From positions 124,001 to 188,000 of the forward strand of contig NIVC01000130.1 in the NCBI GenBank assembly GCA_002269645.1: a stretch of DNA of 64,000 nt, given 5' to 3'. Position 1 is the stretch's first letter, and every line of letters begins with the position of its first letter. Shown in pieces: positions 1 to 10,334 of this stretch. Origin of the DNA: Macrostomum lignano. Taxonomy: Eukaryota. A program made the translations under genes and the position numbers. The notes below the pieces were generated by a model. The model worked only from the letters and a program-made list of their open reading frames with translations. It did not search any database and was not told the DNA's origin.

Positions 1-2235
1 TCCGCTGCAATTCAAGCAAACGTCGGCGAGCAACCGACTATTGCAATTCCTGCTGATGACGAGAATGAAGTGCAGGCAGCTGGTCCATCTGATATCGAGC
101 ACCCTGAAATATTTTCTGCGGATGAGGATAGTAACCTTCTTTCTGTCTTTTGTATCCAAGGTATCTCTATGGAGGTCAAATGTGCCCTTCTAATGTTGTG
201 GATGATCTTGTCGAACGTTTCCAAGAAAGCTGTTAAAAACATGCTTCGCCTCATTTCCATTCTGTCTCCTCGCGCTGCTTTACCTACATCTTACAAAGCA
301 ATGGAAGCGGTTCTGCTTCGTTCATTCATTTTAAAACCGGACTTCGTTGTGAAAGTTTGTTTAGCGTGTCTACTTATAAACTGTAGTGAACATCCAGTCG
401 ACTCTTTCGAGGGACTATGGCTCTTAAATGTAAACCATCAGGTGGAGCTTACAGTTGAAAGGCATTTAAATGATATTTTATCTTACCAGCGTGAGCTAAG
501 GCGAGGATTTCAAACTGACATTCTGAACTCTGCTGTTAGCAATGAACTAGAAACCGGCTCATCTCCTGACATTTTTCACTTGTATTTTCTTCTTTCGGCT
601 GACGGAGCAAACTTCTTTAAAGTTTCTGAAATGTCTGTGTGGCCTTTCTGTGCACTGTGCCTCAATTTGCCTGTTAGATTACGCCAGAAGTTTGTCAACA
701 TTATCACAATCGCTTTGTTTACCAATCGAGGAAAGCCGAATTTTGAAAAGTTTTTGCCTACTATTTTAAATCGCTTGCCTTCGTGTGTAAAAGTAAGGAA
801 TGTGACGTTTTTTCTTCACTTCTCGTTTTTTACCTGCGATTTGCCCGCTTTATCTCACCTTTTTGGAATCAAGCAATTCAACGGACAATTTGCTTGTCCC
901 AGATGCATCCTACCTGGCAAGTCTCTAAAGGTGTCAGAAAAAGGCCAAGTTCGTGTCTTCCCCGCTGTCCATGGAATTCCGCTTCGAACTAATGCCATGC
1001 ATGCGCAGCATCTCACAGTTCTCAAGGCTCAAGGGCTTAAGGATTATTTTGGAATCAAACGCGAAACTGCTCTTCTCAAAATCATTCGTTTTCCAGAAAA
1101 TTTCATTGTTGATTCTATGCATTGTCTCTGGGAAGGTCAAGTAAAACACATTCTAGCCTTCTTGACTGATTCTAAGACTAAAAGCTGCAATCCCAATCAT
1201 TACCGTGTGCTAGGCTCAGCATCTGTCAATGTAATCGACTCTCAGATTATGCAACTGAAACTTCCCCAAGGTATTAGCAATGTTCCTCCAATTAGTCAGC
1301 TCTCACTTTGGAAAGCGAAAACATACAAGATTTTTGCTCTGTATCTGTTTCCATCAATTCTGCTTCCACGAATCGAAAATCCCGAACTTAGGGGCCTGCT
1401 CCTTCTTCTTAATTCTATTTATAACTTGCTGTACTCGCAAAATTCTTGTGTTTCAACTTTAAAACGTCTGTGCAATATGTTTCTTAACCTGTGTCCTGAG
1501 TTTTTTGGCGAACGTGTTATGCTTCTTAATTTTCATCTTCTCTATCATCTACCCGACCAGTATGAACGATTTGGTCCTCTGTATTGTGCATCAATGTTTC
1601 CCTTTGAGTCAGCTATGCATGGCTTTAATATGCTTCATTTTGGCAGTCGATTTCATGGAAAGCAAATTTCCGAAAAGTTTTTCTGGCTAAAAGTGCTATT
1701 GTATTCACTGCAACCTGCTGCAGGCTCCAATCCCTCAATTTCTGATGCACTCCTTGTCATCGCTAAGCACTACTGCAATCCTCCTGAGCGCGAAAATCGA
1801 ACTCTAGGCGCTTCTGGGGGTAAAATTTTAACAACCACTTCTGCGGATTGCACTTTAAAAACATGTAGTTCGTATGTCCTGGATGTATCAAATTCATATT
1901 TTGCTATTAATCATTTTGCCGATAGCAAAATCTTTGGCTCTTTTCTGACTCCACAATGTCGTTTAATCGACTTACTGTTCAATGCTGTTCCGGATTTTAC
2001 CAATATTGGTGCTAGTGCATCTGAACAAGCAATCTTTCTTGCTTTTTTTACATCTGATGTTCCACTCCGAAATATGCTTATCTTTACGAGTCAGGAACCC
2101 ACTCGGGAAAATTACAATTGCATACGTCTCACTGATGTGGCTGCGAGGTGCATTCGAGTCGATGTCAACTTTCCGAACTTGCCATCAGGCAGTTTTTGTC
2201 TGGTACCCCTGTTGGAAGAGTGTGAGCACGATTAG
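1..2235 (+). mobile_element. CACTA/EnSpm (CMC superfamily) DNA transposon transposase, uninterrupted ORF open from the window start
   Basis: Frame is open from base 1 to TAG at 2233-2235. Motifs recognised by eye as typical of EnSpm Transposase_21/DUF4218-type proteins: LSADG, SVWPF..LNLP..R, CDLPA, FNGQFACPRC, VDSMHCLWEG, NFHLLYHLPDQYERFGPL, SMFPFES. Confidence 0.85.
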
Positions 2236-2397
2236 CTCAGATAACTTCAAACGCGCGTCAGTTTTTCAGGGTCATTGTCTTGTCTCGTTTTCTATTCTGT
2301 AAGTAGTCCTGGTTGTCAATGTAATCATTGCATGAAATTTTTTCTGGTACGTATTCCTGATTTATCTGCTGGGTAGCTATTGTTGTGTAGCTTTTGT

Positions 2398-2552
2398 CGA
2401 TGTTAGCCAGCCGATGTGTGTGTGCTAGGCTTATTCTAAAAGCTCTATTGCTAGGACACAGGAAGAAAATATGACTGGGGAATTAGACGGGACCAAGAAA
2501 GAGACACTAACTGGCAAACTTTCGGCTAGCAAACGCCGGCTGGCTAACATCG
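2398..2552. repeat. 16-bp perfect inverted repeat pair downstream of the transposase (possible subterminal repeats)
   Basis: CGATGTTAGCCAGCCG at 2398-2413 and its reverse complement CGGCTGGCTAACATCG at 2537-2552. Confidence 0.6.
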
Positions 2553-3469
2553 TAGACCCAGTACCATCTAGTACTTGTACTTAAGCAAGCTTTGTTTCTT
2601 GTTAGTTTTTCTAAACTAAAAAGCCCTTTTTCACAAAACATGCGCGCCTAATGCTCAGCTATATTTATCCTACATGTTATGTTTTACGTTTTCTCTCATA
2701 TGCCGTGCGCTTTGTTTAGATACACCTAATTCTTTGTCACATTTTTGCAGTTTTTTATGTTTAATTGCTTTTACGTAAAACTCCGGGGACACAAATTTTT
2801 TTTTTACATTTGGCTTCTTTGTTTGGTAATAAATATTACATTTTCGGCTCACTCACTTAGTTGAGACCTGTCTTATACATAAAACTAACCAATTGTGTTA
2901 TTTTGAGTGTGTCTTATTGTGTGTACATCGCCCATGGTTTGGTAAGACAAACCAGAATAGAACTAAGTACGGTTTTAATGAGCCGATTTAAACGAAGGTA
3001 CGAAGTGCAATGTATTCATATATATACGAGTATATATGGCTCGCAAGATGACTAAAAATGCATTATTTCTAATTAATTGCAACCACATTATAAATGCATT
3101 TTATATATATAGAATTTGCATTATAATGGCAATTATAATGCCATTAAGTGGCAATTATAATGCCATTAAGTGGCATTCAATGTCATTATAATGGCCAGTA
3201 AAAATGCATTATTTACCCATTATGGGTCCCTAGGGCTGGGATGAGTTTTCATTTTGGCAGCTCCCATGCTTTGCCACAGATAACAGCAACTTCCCCAAAG
3301 AGCTGAACCACGTATTGCATCTGCACTAACACAAACAAATGTAAACAAACGTCATGGCTGTTGGGAAAAATGCAGATTCCCGAGCATTTAAATTTTGATC
3401 AAAGACAGCAGCAGGTCTGCTTGCTGCTCAGTATTGTTGAAGAGAAAAGCAGATTCCACGTCACAGAAC

Positions 3470-4631
3470 TGCATGCACTCGGCCGTAGACAATAAAGCCA
3501 ATCAAAGCCACTGCCACAGAACTGCACTCGGCCGTAGACAATAAAGCCAATCAAAGCCACCGTCAAAGAACTTCACTTGCCATAGACAATAAAGCCAATC
3601 GAAGCCACTGCCACAGAACTCCACTCGGCCGTAGACAATAAAGCCAATCAAAGCCACTGTCACAGAACTGCACTCGGCCATAGACAATAAAGCCAATCAA
3701 AGCCACTGTCACAGAACTGCACTCGGCCATAGACAATAAAGCCAATCAAAGCCACTGTCACAGAACTGCACTCGGCCATAGACAATAAAGCCAATCAAAG
3801 CCACTGTCACAGAACTGCACTCGGCCATAGACAATAAAGCCAATCAAAGCCACTGTCACAGAACTGCACTCGGCCATAGACAATAAAGCCAATCGAAGCC
3901 ACTGTCACAGAACTGCACTCGGCATAGACAATAAAGCCAATCGAAGCCACGCCACAGAACTCCACTCGGCCGTAGACAATAAAGCCAATCAAAGCCACTG
4001 TCACAGAACTGCACTCGGCCATAGACAATAAAGCCAATCGAAGCCACGCCACAGAACTCCACTCGGCCATAGACAATAAAGCCAATCAAAGCCACTGTCA
4101 CAGAACTGCACTCGGCATAGACAATAAAGCCAATCGAAGCCACTGTCACAGAACTGCACTCGGCCATAGACAATAAAGCCAATCGAAGCCACTGCCACAG
4201 AACTGCACTCGGCCATAGACAATAAAGCCAATCGAAGCCACTGTCACAGAACTGCACTCGGCCATAGACAATAAAGCCAATCGAAGCCACTGTCACAGAA
4301 CTGCACTCGGCCATAGACAATAAAGCCAATCGAAGCCACGCCACAGAACTCCACTCGGCCATAGACAATAAAGCCAATCAAAGACACACTGTCACAGAAC
4401 TGCACTCGGCCATAGACAATAAAGCCAATCAAAGCCACTGTCACAGAACTGCACTCGGCCATAGACAATAAAGCCAATCAAAGCCACACTGTCACAGAAC
4501 TCCACTCGGCCATAGACAATAAAGCCAATCAAAGCCACACTGTCACAGAACTGCACTCGGCATAGACAATAAAGCCAATCGAAGCCACTGTCACAGAACT
4601 GCACTCGGCCATAGACAATAAAGCCAATCGA
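3470..4631. repeat. 49-bp minisatellite, about 23-24 copies
   Basis: Unit GCCACTGTCACAGAACTGCACTCGGCCATAGACAATAAAGCCAATCAAA with small indels; it produces the repetitive MALLSMAEC ORFs. Confidence 0.95.
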
Positions 4632-4776
4632 CAAGCAAACAGGTCGAAATTTCAAGCTACACTCCCACAGAAGGCTTTTGCTCTTCTTCTTGCATTTCTT
4701 CTTGTCTATTTTATGTTCAACATTCTACGAAAAAACGAAAAAACAAAAAAACACTAATTTCTGCACGCTCGAAATG

Positions 4777-6657
4777 TTACACACACGCATAGTCTGGCGA
4801 GTCAATCTGGTTGCAGACGCTCCTGCTATTTTTAGTTAGCGGCCGGCAGATCGACAGTACCAGACGCCTCTTGCCCGCCACCAGTTCCCAGAGTTTGAAC
4901 AGCCAAAACAGAGTCGTCTCGCAGTACTCGGAGAAGCTGAGCTTCAACAGATATCGGCATTCGACATCAAACTGCATGGTGGTGCCAACGACGGAGGACA
5001 GAACGCCAACTACAAAGTTGATGAACATTACTGGCACTAGCAGGATGAACGCCATGTGAGCCAGCATCAAATCTGTCCGATCCAGAGTCGGTTGAAACGC
5101 TGTCGTATCGAACACATTCAGCGTCAGTAGAAAAGTTCGGTAGATTGCCGAGAAAGCGTCGCTATCCTGCAGACTGACTTCAGCTACCGTGTTGTTGAAG
5201 CAAACCCTGGTTGACGACGATTGAACGGAGCGTTCTACGACTTGAAATATTCGCGAGAAGGTGACCAGCATCAGCAGGTAGATGATGATGAAGTTAGCAA
5301 ACATTGCAAAGCTGCGATAGAAACTGTTGAAGAATTTGGACACCATCGGCAACAGTCTGGTGTTGGTCATCAGGATGCACACCAGCAGAAGCAGGTCGAT
5401 CAGCACAAGACTGCCAGCAAACGGTCTGTAGCTGTCCGCTCCGAACAGGCTGCAAGCAGTGTCCGGGCTGCTCAGCAGGGCAATCAGCGACACATCGGTG
5501 ATAATGCTGAGACAGATTGACACCATCCACACCAGACTGTCTCTGTCAGCTTTTCTTGGTGTGTCCGGAAATCCAACCCGACTACGATAGGAATTCTTGC
5601 GCAGGCGACCCAACAGGCTGGTGAAAAGCGTCAACATTCTGACAGTCATCAATACACATCGAACGGTCAGAAAGAATCGAGGACGCGGAAATCGAGGCCA
5701 ACAGCAGGCGGTGGCTACAAAGTTCCGGTACTCGGCGTCGCAACTTCCCAATAGAAGGCTTGGATCTAATAAAGTGAACAGGCAGAGCGAAGCCATTGTG
5801 AAGCGATGCCGCGAAAAGGACTCGTCCACGAGTGGCGCCAAGACCAGCGGCCTGCGGAATACGCCCAGTTCCGACACTCGAGACTCGCCGAATACCTCGG
5901 AAATGACGGATAGCAGGGCAACGGAGCGCTCGGCTTCCGTGGTAACAACTTCCGTAAAGTCCATTTCCACGTGTTCCATTAGGCCGGACATGTCGCAATG
6001 GACTACCGCAACGTGCGACCGGTAGAGCAGTTCGTCAACGATGTCCACGTAGCCGCAGTAGATGCCCCATTCGAGCGGTCGCATGTGAAACGTGTTCCGC
6101 ACAGTTGACATCCACGTGACCTCCGTGGTTGAGAAAAAATGGTTTAGGAAATATTTTAGATAGTCTTGAGACCTAGTCTGCAGGATGTCTATCGGTTCAT
6201 TCTCAGCCTTCATGATGTCCAAACCAGCGAACAGCGTATGGTAGGACGTGAAGCCGATCTCAGTGATGGAGCTCAGCTCGAGGCCTTCTGTTGTCTCTCT
6301 CATGAGCTGACAGCAATTTCTGGCATCGTACATCACCGCCAACAGGAAAGGATTCGAGGGATAAGGATGACTCATCAAAAGTCTGCTGACTCGAATCGTC
6401 CTATCGTACGATCGGAACCGTTCCGGACAGTGTCGTTTCTGGCCTTTGGTGTCGTTGCTGGCCAGAAAGCGGCGCCAATCGATGCCAGAACTTTCTATTA
6501 AACGACGGAGCTTCTCGGCATTGTCAGTCAGCAGGGCGGTCACTAGGATTGGCCATTGATCCTCACTGATGAAGTTCCAGATGTCTTCTGGAGTGGAGTT
6601 CACGTCTTGTGACTGATTGGAAATGGCCTCGACTCTGTTTTGCTGTTTTGAGTTCAT
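4777..6657 (-). CDS. Intronless, divergent TRP-family cation channel (TRPV-like: ankyrin-like repeats + TM segments + pore), 626 aa
   Basis: N-terminal ankyrin-like segments (NPFLLAVMYDARNCCQLM; HMRPLEWGIYCGYVDIVDELL), several hydrophobic TM segments, S5-like FANFIIIYLLMLVTFSRIF, pore-like AIYRTFLLTLNVFD and S6-like AHMAFILLVPVMFINFVVGVLS. Confidence 0.7.
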   Translation of the reverse strand: MNSKQQNRVEAISNQSQDVNSTPEDIWNFISEDQWPILVTALLTDNAEKLRRLIESSGIDWRRFLASNDTKGQKRHCPERFRSYDRTIRVSRLLMSHPYPSNPFLLAVMYDARNCCQLMRETTEGLELSSITEIGFTSYHTLFAGLDIMKAENEPIDILQTRSQDYLKYFLNHFFSTTEVTWMSTVRNTFHMRPLEWGIYCGYVDIVDELLYRSHVAVVHCDMSGLMEHVEMDFTEVVTTEAERSVALLSVISEVFGESRVSELGVFRRPLVLAPLVDESFSRHRFTMASLCLFTLLDPSLLLGSCDAEYRNFVATACCWPRFPRPRFFLTVRCVLMTVRMLTLFTSLLGRLRKNSYRSRVGFPDTPRKADRDSLVWMVSICLSIITDVSLIALLSSPDTACSLFGADSYRPFAGSLVLIDLLLLVCILMTNTRLLPMVSKFFNSFYRSFAMFANFIIIYLLMLVTFSRIFQVVERSVQSSSTRVCFNNTVAEVSLQDSDAFSAIYRTFLLTLNVFDTTAFQPTLDRTDLMLAHMAFILLVPVMFINFVVGVLSSVVGTTMQFDVECRYLLKLSFSEYCETTLFWLFKLWELVAGKRRLVLSICRPLTKNSRSVCNQIDSPDYACV

Positions 6658-6908
6658 TTTTTGCGCTAATCCGCTGAATTTCAGCTGCTCGGGGGTATCA
6701 CGGATACTAATGCAAAAAGCAGCAATCTTTTATGCGGAATGAGAACTGCAGCTGATTGAAGGCGTCAAATCACCATCATCTTATTGTTTAGCACTCAAAT
6801 AATGGCTTAATTTATATCGGCCTTCGGCCGCACCGTGAAGGTAGAAAATGTAATAAATGAACCATATTGGATGTCTACTGATTTAGGTACTCGTATTGTT
6901 TGCTCTGC

Positions 6909-7024
6909 GTTGGGTCTACGTTGCCTTTATACGCTGCTTAAATAATGTGACTGACGGACAGACTAATATATTGGACTATAATCCCAGGCAAACAAGCATC
7001 AAAGCCTGTTTGACTAGACCCAAC
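6909..7024. mobile_element. Possible tiny TIR element (10-bp inverted ends)
   Basis: GTTGGGTCTA at 6909-6918 and TAGACCCAAC at 7015-7024; no clear TSD. Confidence 0.25.
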
Positions 7025-7415
7025 ACGATTACTATAGTTAATTAATTTCATTAATCACGTTACCTCGAGAGCCTGTGCAGGTCCATGATGCGAATAATTT
7101 CTTGTAATTAATTAATGCGTGATTGCTCACGAACTCGAAGAACATAATATTGTTAATAAATTTATAATTAATACATTTTCACACCAAACCCCACAGCTCT
7201 TGAGTTTTTACATGCGCTGCACCCACCCAACATTCTACGTAAGTGCTAGCTAGGTAAGGTCGCAAAAATAAAGTTGCGGTCCTTGCTTCAGAGAGAGAGT
7301 TCATGTGTGTGTTTTGTTTAGCTAATTTTGTCACAGGCCTGTAGCCGTAAAGATGATCAGGCATTGGGAAGACTCATTTTTTGCAGGACTGGAGAAGATC
7401 GAGCGTCAAATTATC

Positions 7416-7433
7416 TGGTAGCAGAGCGTGGTT
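7416..7433 (+). other. Retrotransposon primer-binding site (tRNA-iMet-like)
   Basis: TGGTAGCAGAGCGTGGTT resembles the complement of an animal initiator-Met tRNA 3' end (...CTCTGCTACCA) and lies just 5' of the BEL coding remnants. Confidence 0.7.
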
Positions 7434-10334
7434 GGCAACCGGAGCAGCTAAAGATGAGGAGACTGCGGCGGCAGCTCTCGGTGTGAGCAACCGGCTTGCT
7501 CAACTAAAGGCCACGAAAGCTATTAAGAAGTGTTAGAATTTAGGTTCTGAGGAGCTTAAGCTCGGTCGGAGCAGAGTTGGATGAGGCCGAGCGGCTTGCG
7601 GAGCAGCTGGACTAGAGCTACGAGAAGGTGAACGCCGCGATTCAAGAAGTTCTGCACGAGGTCGGAGGAAACCTGCCCGCGCAAATGCATTAAGCTGGCA
7701 AGGAACTGGAGACGCTGGAAAGCAATTTCGGTGAGGTAGTGAGTTTGATGACTGAGCTGCGGAAGAGGGTGGCAAGCGAAAGAAGAAACGGTGCGCTATG
7801 AGGAGAGAGAGATGAGGCAAAGGGAGGTTGAGGCGGCACAGAGTCTGCGGCCGGAAGTCGGAGAGCTACAGAGAAAAGTGCGAAAAAGAATTTGAAGCTC
7901 AGCAGCGCGAGCTGGAGAAGAAGATGGAAAGGTTGGCATCTGTTGCAGGAGATTTTGAATGTCACACAGCCGGGAAAGTGACCGGCGGGATGGAAGCCTT
8001 AGATTGGAGCCTGCTAGCAAAGCCTTGGGCTCATTTGAGGGGCGTGCCGTTCGACAAAATTGATTGGAAGCAGACTGTGGATGCTCATCGGAGTAGACAA
8101 TGCAGACCTACACGAAGTAGGTGGGCAACCTGGAGAGCCAATTGCCAGACTGACACCAATTGGATGGACCTGCTTTGTGCCAGTTAATCAAGCAGGAACT
8201 GCAGTAGAGCAGCAGCAGCAGAAGATATTATCCCGATCAGGGCGGCAGCCGCCGACCAGCCGGGGCTCACTGCTGCAGCTTTACCGCCGAGCTTGCAGCC
8301 ATTTTCGCTGCTCTTGATCACTGCCGCAATGCCGTCCACCGCCCTAGTAGCCTCGCTATACTTACCGACAGCCTCAGCGCCCTCTTTGCGCTCAAGCGGG
8401 GACCCATCGAGCAGCGCACCACACTGGACGTCGCCTGCTGGCAGGCCTCTTCAGCCCTCGAGCATCCCTCGACTGGGGGTTGATCACGGCAGTCCTAGGA
8501 TTTCGGCTCGCAAAAGAAGTGGCTGAGGCGTTGGAGATCGCGATTGAGTCTGTGGTGTTTTGGAGTGACAGTCACAATGTACTTGGGTGGATTCGCAGGC
8601 AGAGTAGAGCGTTCAAGCCTTTCGTTGCTAACCGAGTCGCTTTGATCCAGCAGCAGGTGTAGCCAAGCCAATGGCGGTACGTGCCAACAGATCTGAATCC
8701 AGCTGATGCGGCATCCCGCGGCTGCAGTGTGCAAGAGCTGATGGACAACAAGCGGTGGTGGAACGGCCCTGGATTATTGGCGATGTTATCAAACGATTTG
8801 CCAGAGATGCCGATTCCAGTTGCACCGGAAACGACTGAGGCGAACACTCGACGAAGAGAGCTAGCAAGCATCCAGGAGCGTAATGCAGAGCCCGTATTTC
8901 TGATCACCACCGACGAAGAAGACAAGACAGACTGGCGACTCAAAACAGAGCGATTCTATAGCTTCCATCGACTACAGCGCATCTTCGCTTGGGTTGTTGC
9001 GGCTCATTCGAAACTGTCAAAAGGAAAAGTATCAGCGGAGCGGCGGTGAGCTGTTGGTGGATGAGCTCGAGGAGGTTGAGAAGTGTTTAATATGGTTAGC
9101 TCAGGAGGAAGCGTTCAATGCGGATGCAGTGAACGAGAAGAAGCTGCAGTGCTTGAAGCCGGTACTGATGCAGCAGGAGTCCTACAAGTGGATGATGGCC
9201 GGTTGAAATTCAGGCCACAGGCGCCATTTGCAGCAAGAAATCCAGCTAAATTGCCGCCGAAGGATTGGATCACCAAGCTGATCATTAAAAAATATCACGA
9301 GCAGCAGAGCCACGGTGGGACCAGCCAAACACTGGCGGCGCTGTCAGCCATGTACTGGATTATCTGTGTCCGGGAAGCTATTCGCGAGTGGGAGGTTGAA
9401 TGTGCATGCTGTGTGCAAAAGAGAGAAGGCTCGTCTCATCGTACAACAGATGGCGCCACTGCCTGATGCCCGTGTCGAAGGCTCCTTTAAGGCCTTCACG
9501 AACGTAGCCGTCGACATGGGAGGGCCGTTCGTTACTATTCAAGGCCGATTCAAAACGAAGCAAAAAACGCTATTTGGCGCTGTTCTCATGCCTCGAGACG
9601 CGAGCTATACACCTCGATATGACCTACAGCATTGACGCGGACTCATTTTTGAATGTCTTCTACCGAATGATGATTCGGCGTGGCTAATTACCTAAGGCTA
9701 TGTATTCTGACAACGGTGGCAAATTTGTCAAAGGTGCAGATGAGCTCCGACTTCTGGAGGAGCTGGACAGGACCAGGGTCAGTCGCGAGGCATCCAGGCA
9801 GCGAGTCAAGTGGAACTTTCAGCCGCCAGCTGCCCCGTACTTTGATGGAGCGCACGAGGTGATGATTCGAGCGGCGAAGCGAGCGCTACACGCGATTCTG
9901 GGTGACGCCGATGTCACCGACGAGGAGCTTCAGTCGGCGATCACTGGAGCGGAGGCGAGGAGCCACTAGTGCCAAACCTCCTGCACGGTCAGGCTGGTGA
10001 ACAATTCGCGCTGGATGTGCCCGACGACGTCGTGGCGGTCCTGAGGCGGCGGTGGCGGCGCATCCAAGAACTCGTGAGGCACTTCTAGCAACGCTGGATG
10101 CGCGAGTGGTTACCAGGGTTGTAACCGAGAGCCAAGTGGGCGGGACCGCAGTGTGATGTGCAGCCAGGTGATGTCATCTTTGTCATCAAAGCGGACTTAC
10201 CGCGGGGACACTGGCCGTTGGGACGAGTAGTCGAGGTCTACCCGGGTCTAGGCAACCGAGTCCCGGTGGCCAAGGTCCAGGTCGGGGGATCGAACGGTCT
10301 TTGGCCTGCGAGCAAGCTGTGTTACCTCGAGTGA
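7416..10334 (+). mobile_element. Decayed BEL/Pao LTR-retrotransposon internal region (PBS, gag/protease remnants, RNase H, integrase, DUF5641-like tail); RT and LTRs not found
   Basis: Frameshifted fragments: [133 protein letters not shown]; last stop at 10332-10334. Confidence 0.9.

Noticed and set aside
3470-4631. CRISPR-like appearance of regularly spaced repeats (here and in other arrays)
   Set aside because: Head-to-tail units without unique spacers, no cas genes and a eukaryotic context.
5221-6501. Overlapping ORFs of 78-142 aa around the TRP-like gene
   Set aside because: Alternative-frame or antisense shadows in GC-rich coding DNA with no recognisable motifs.
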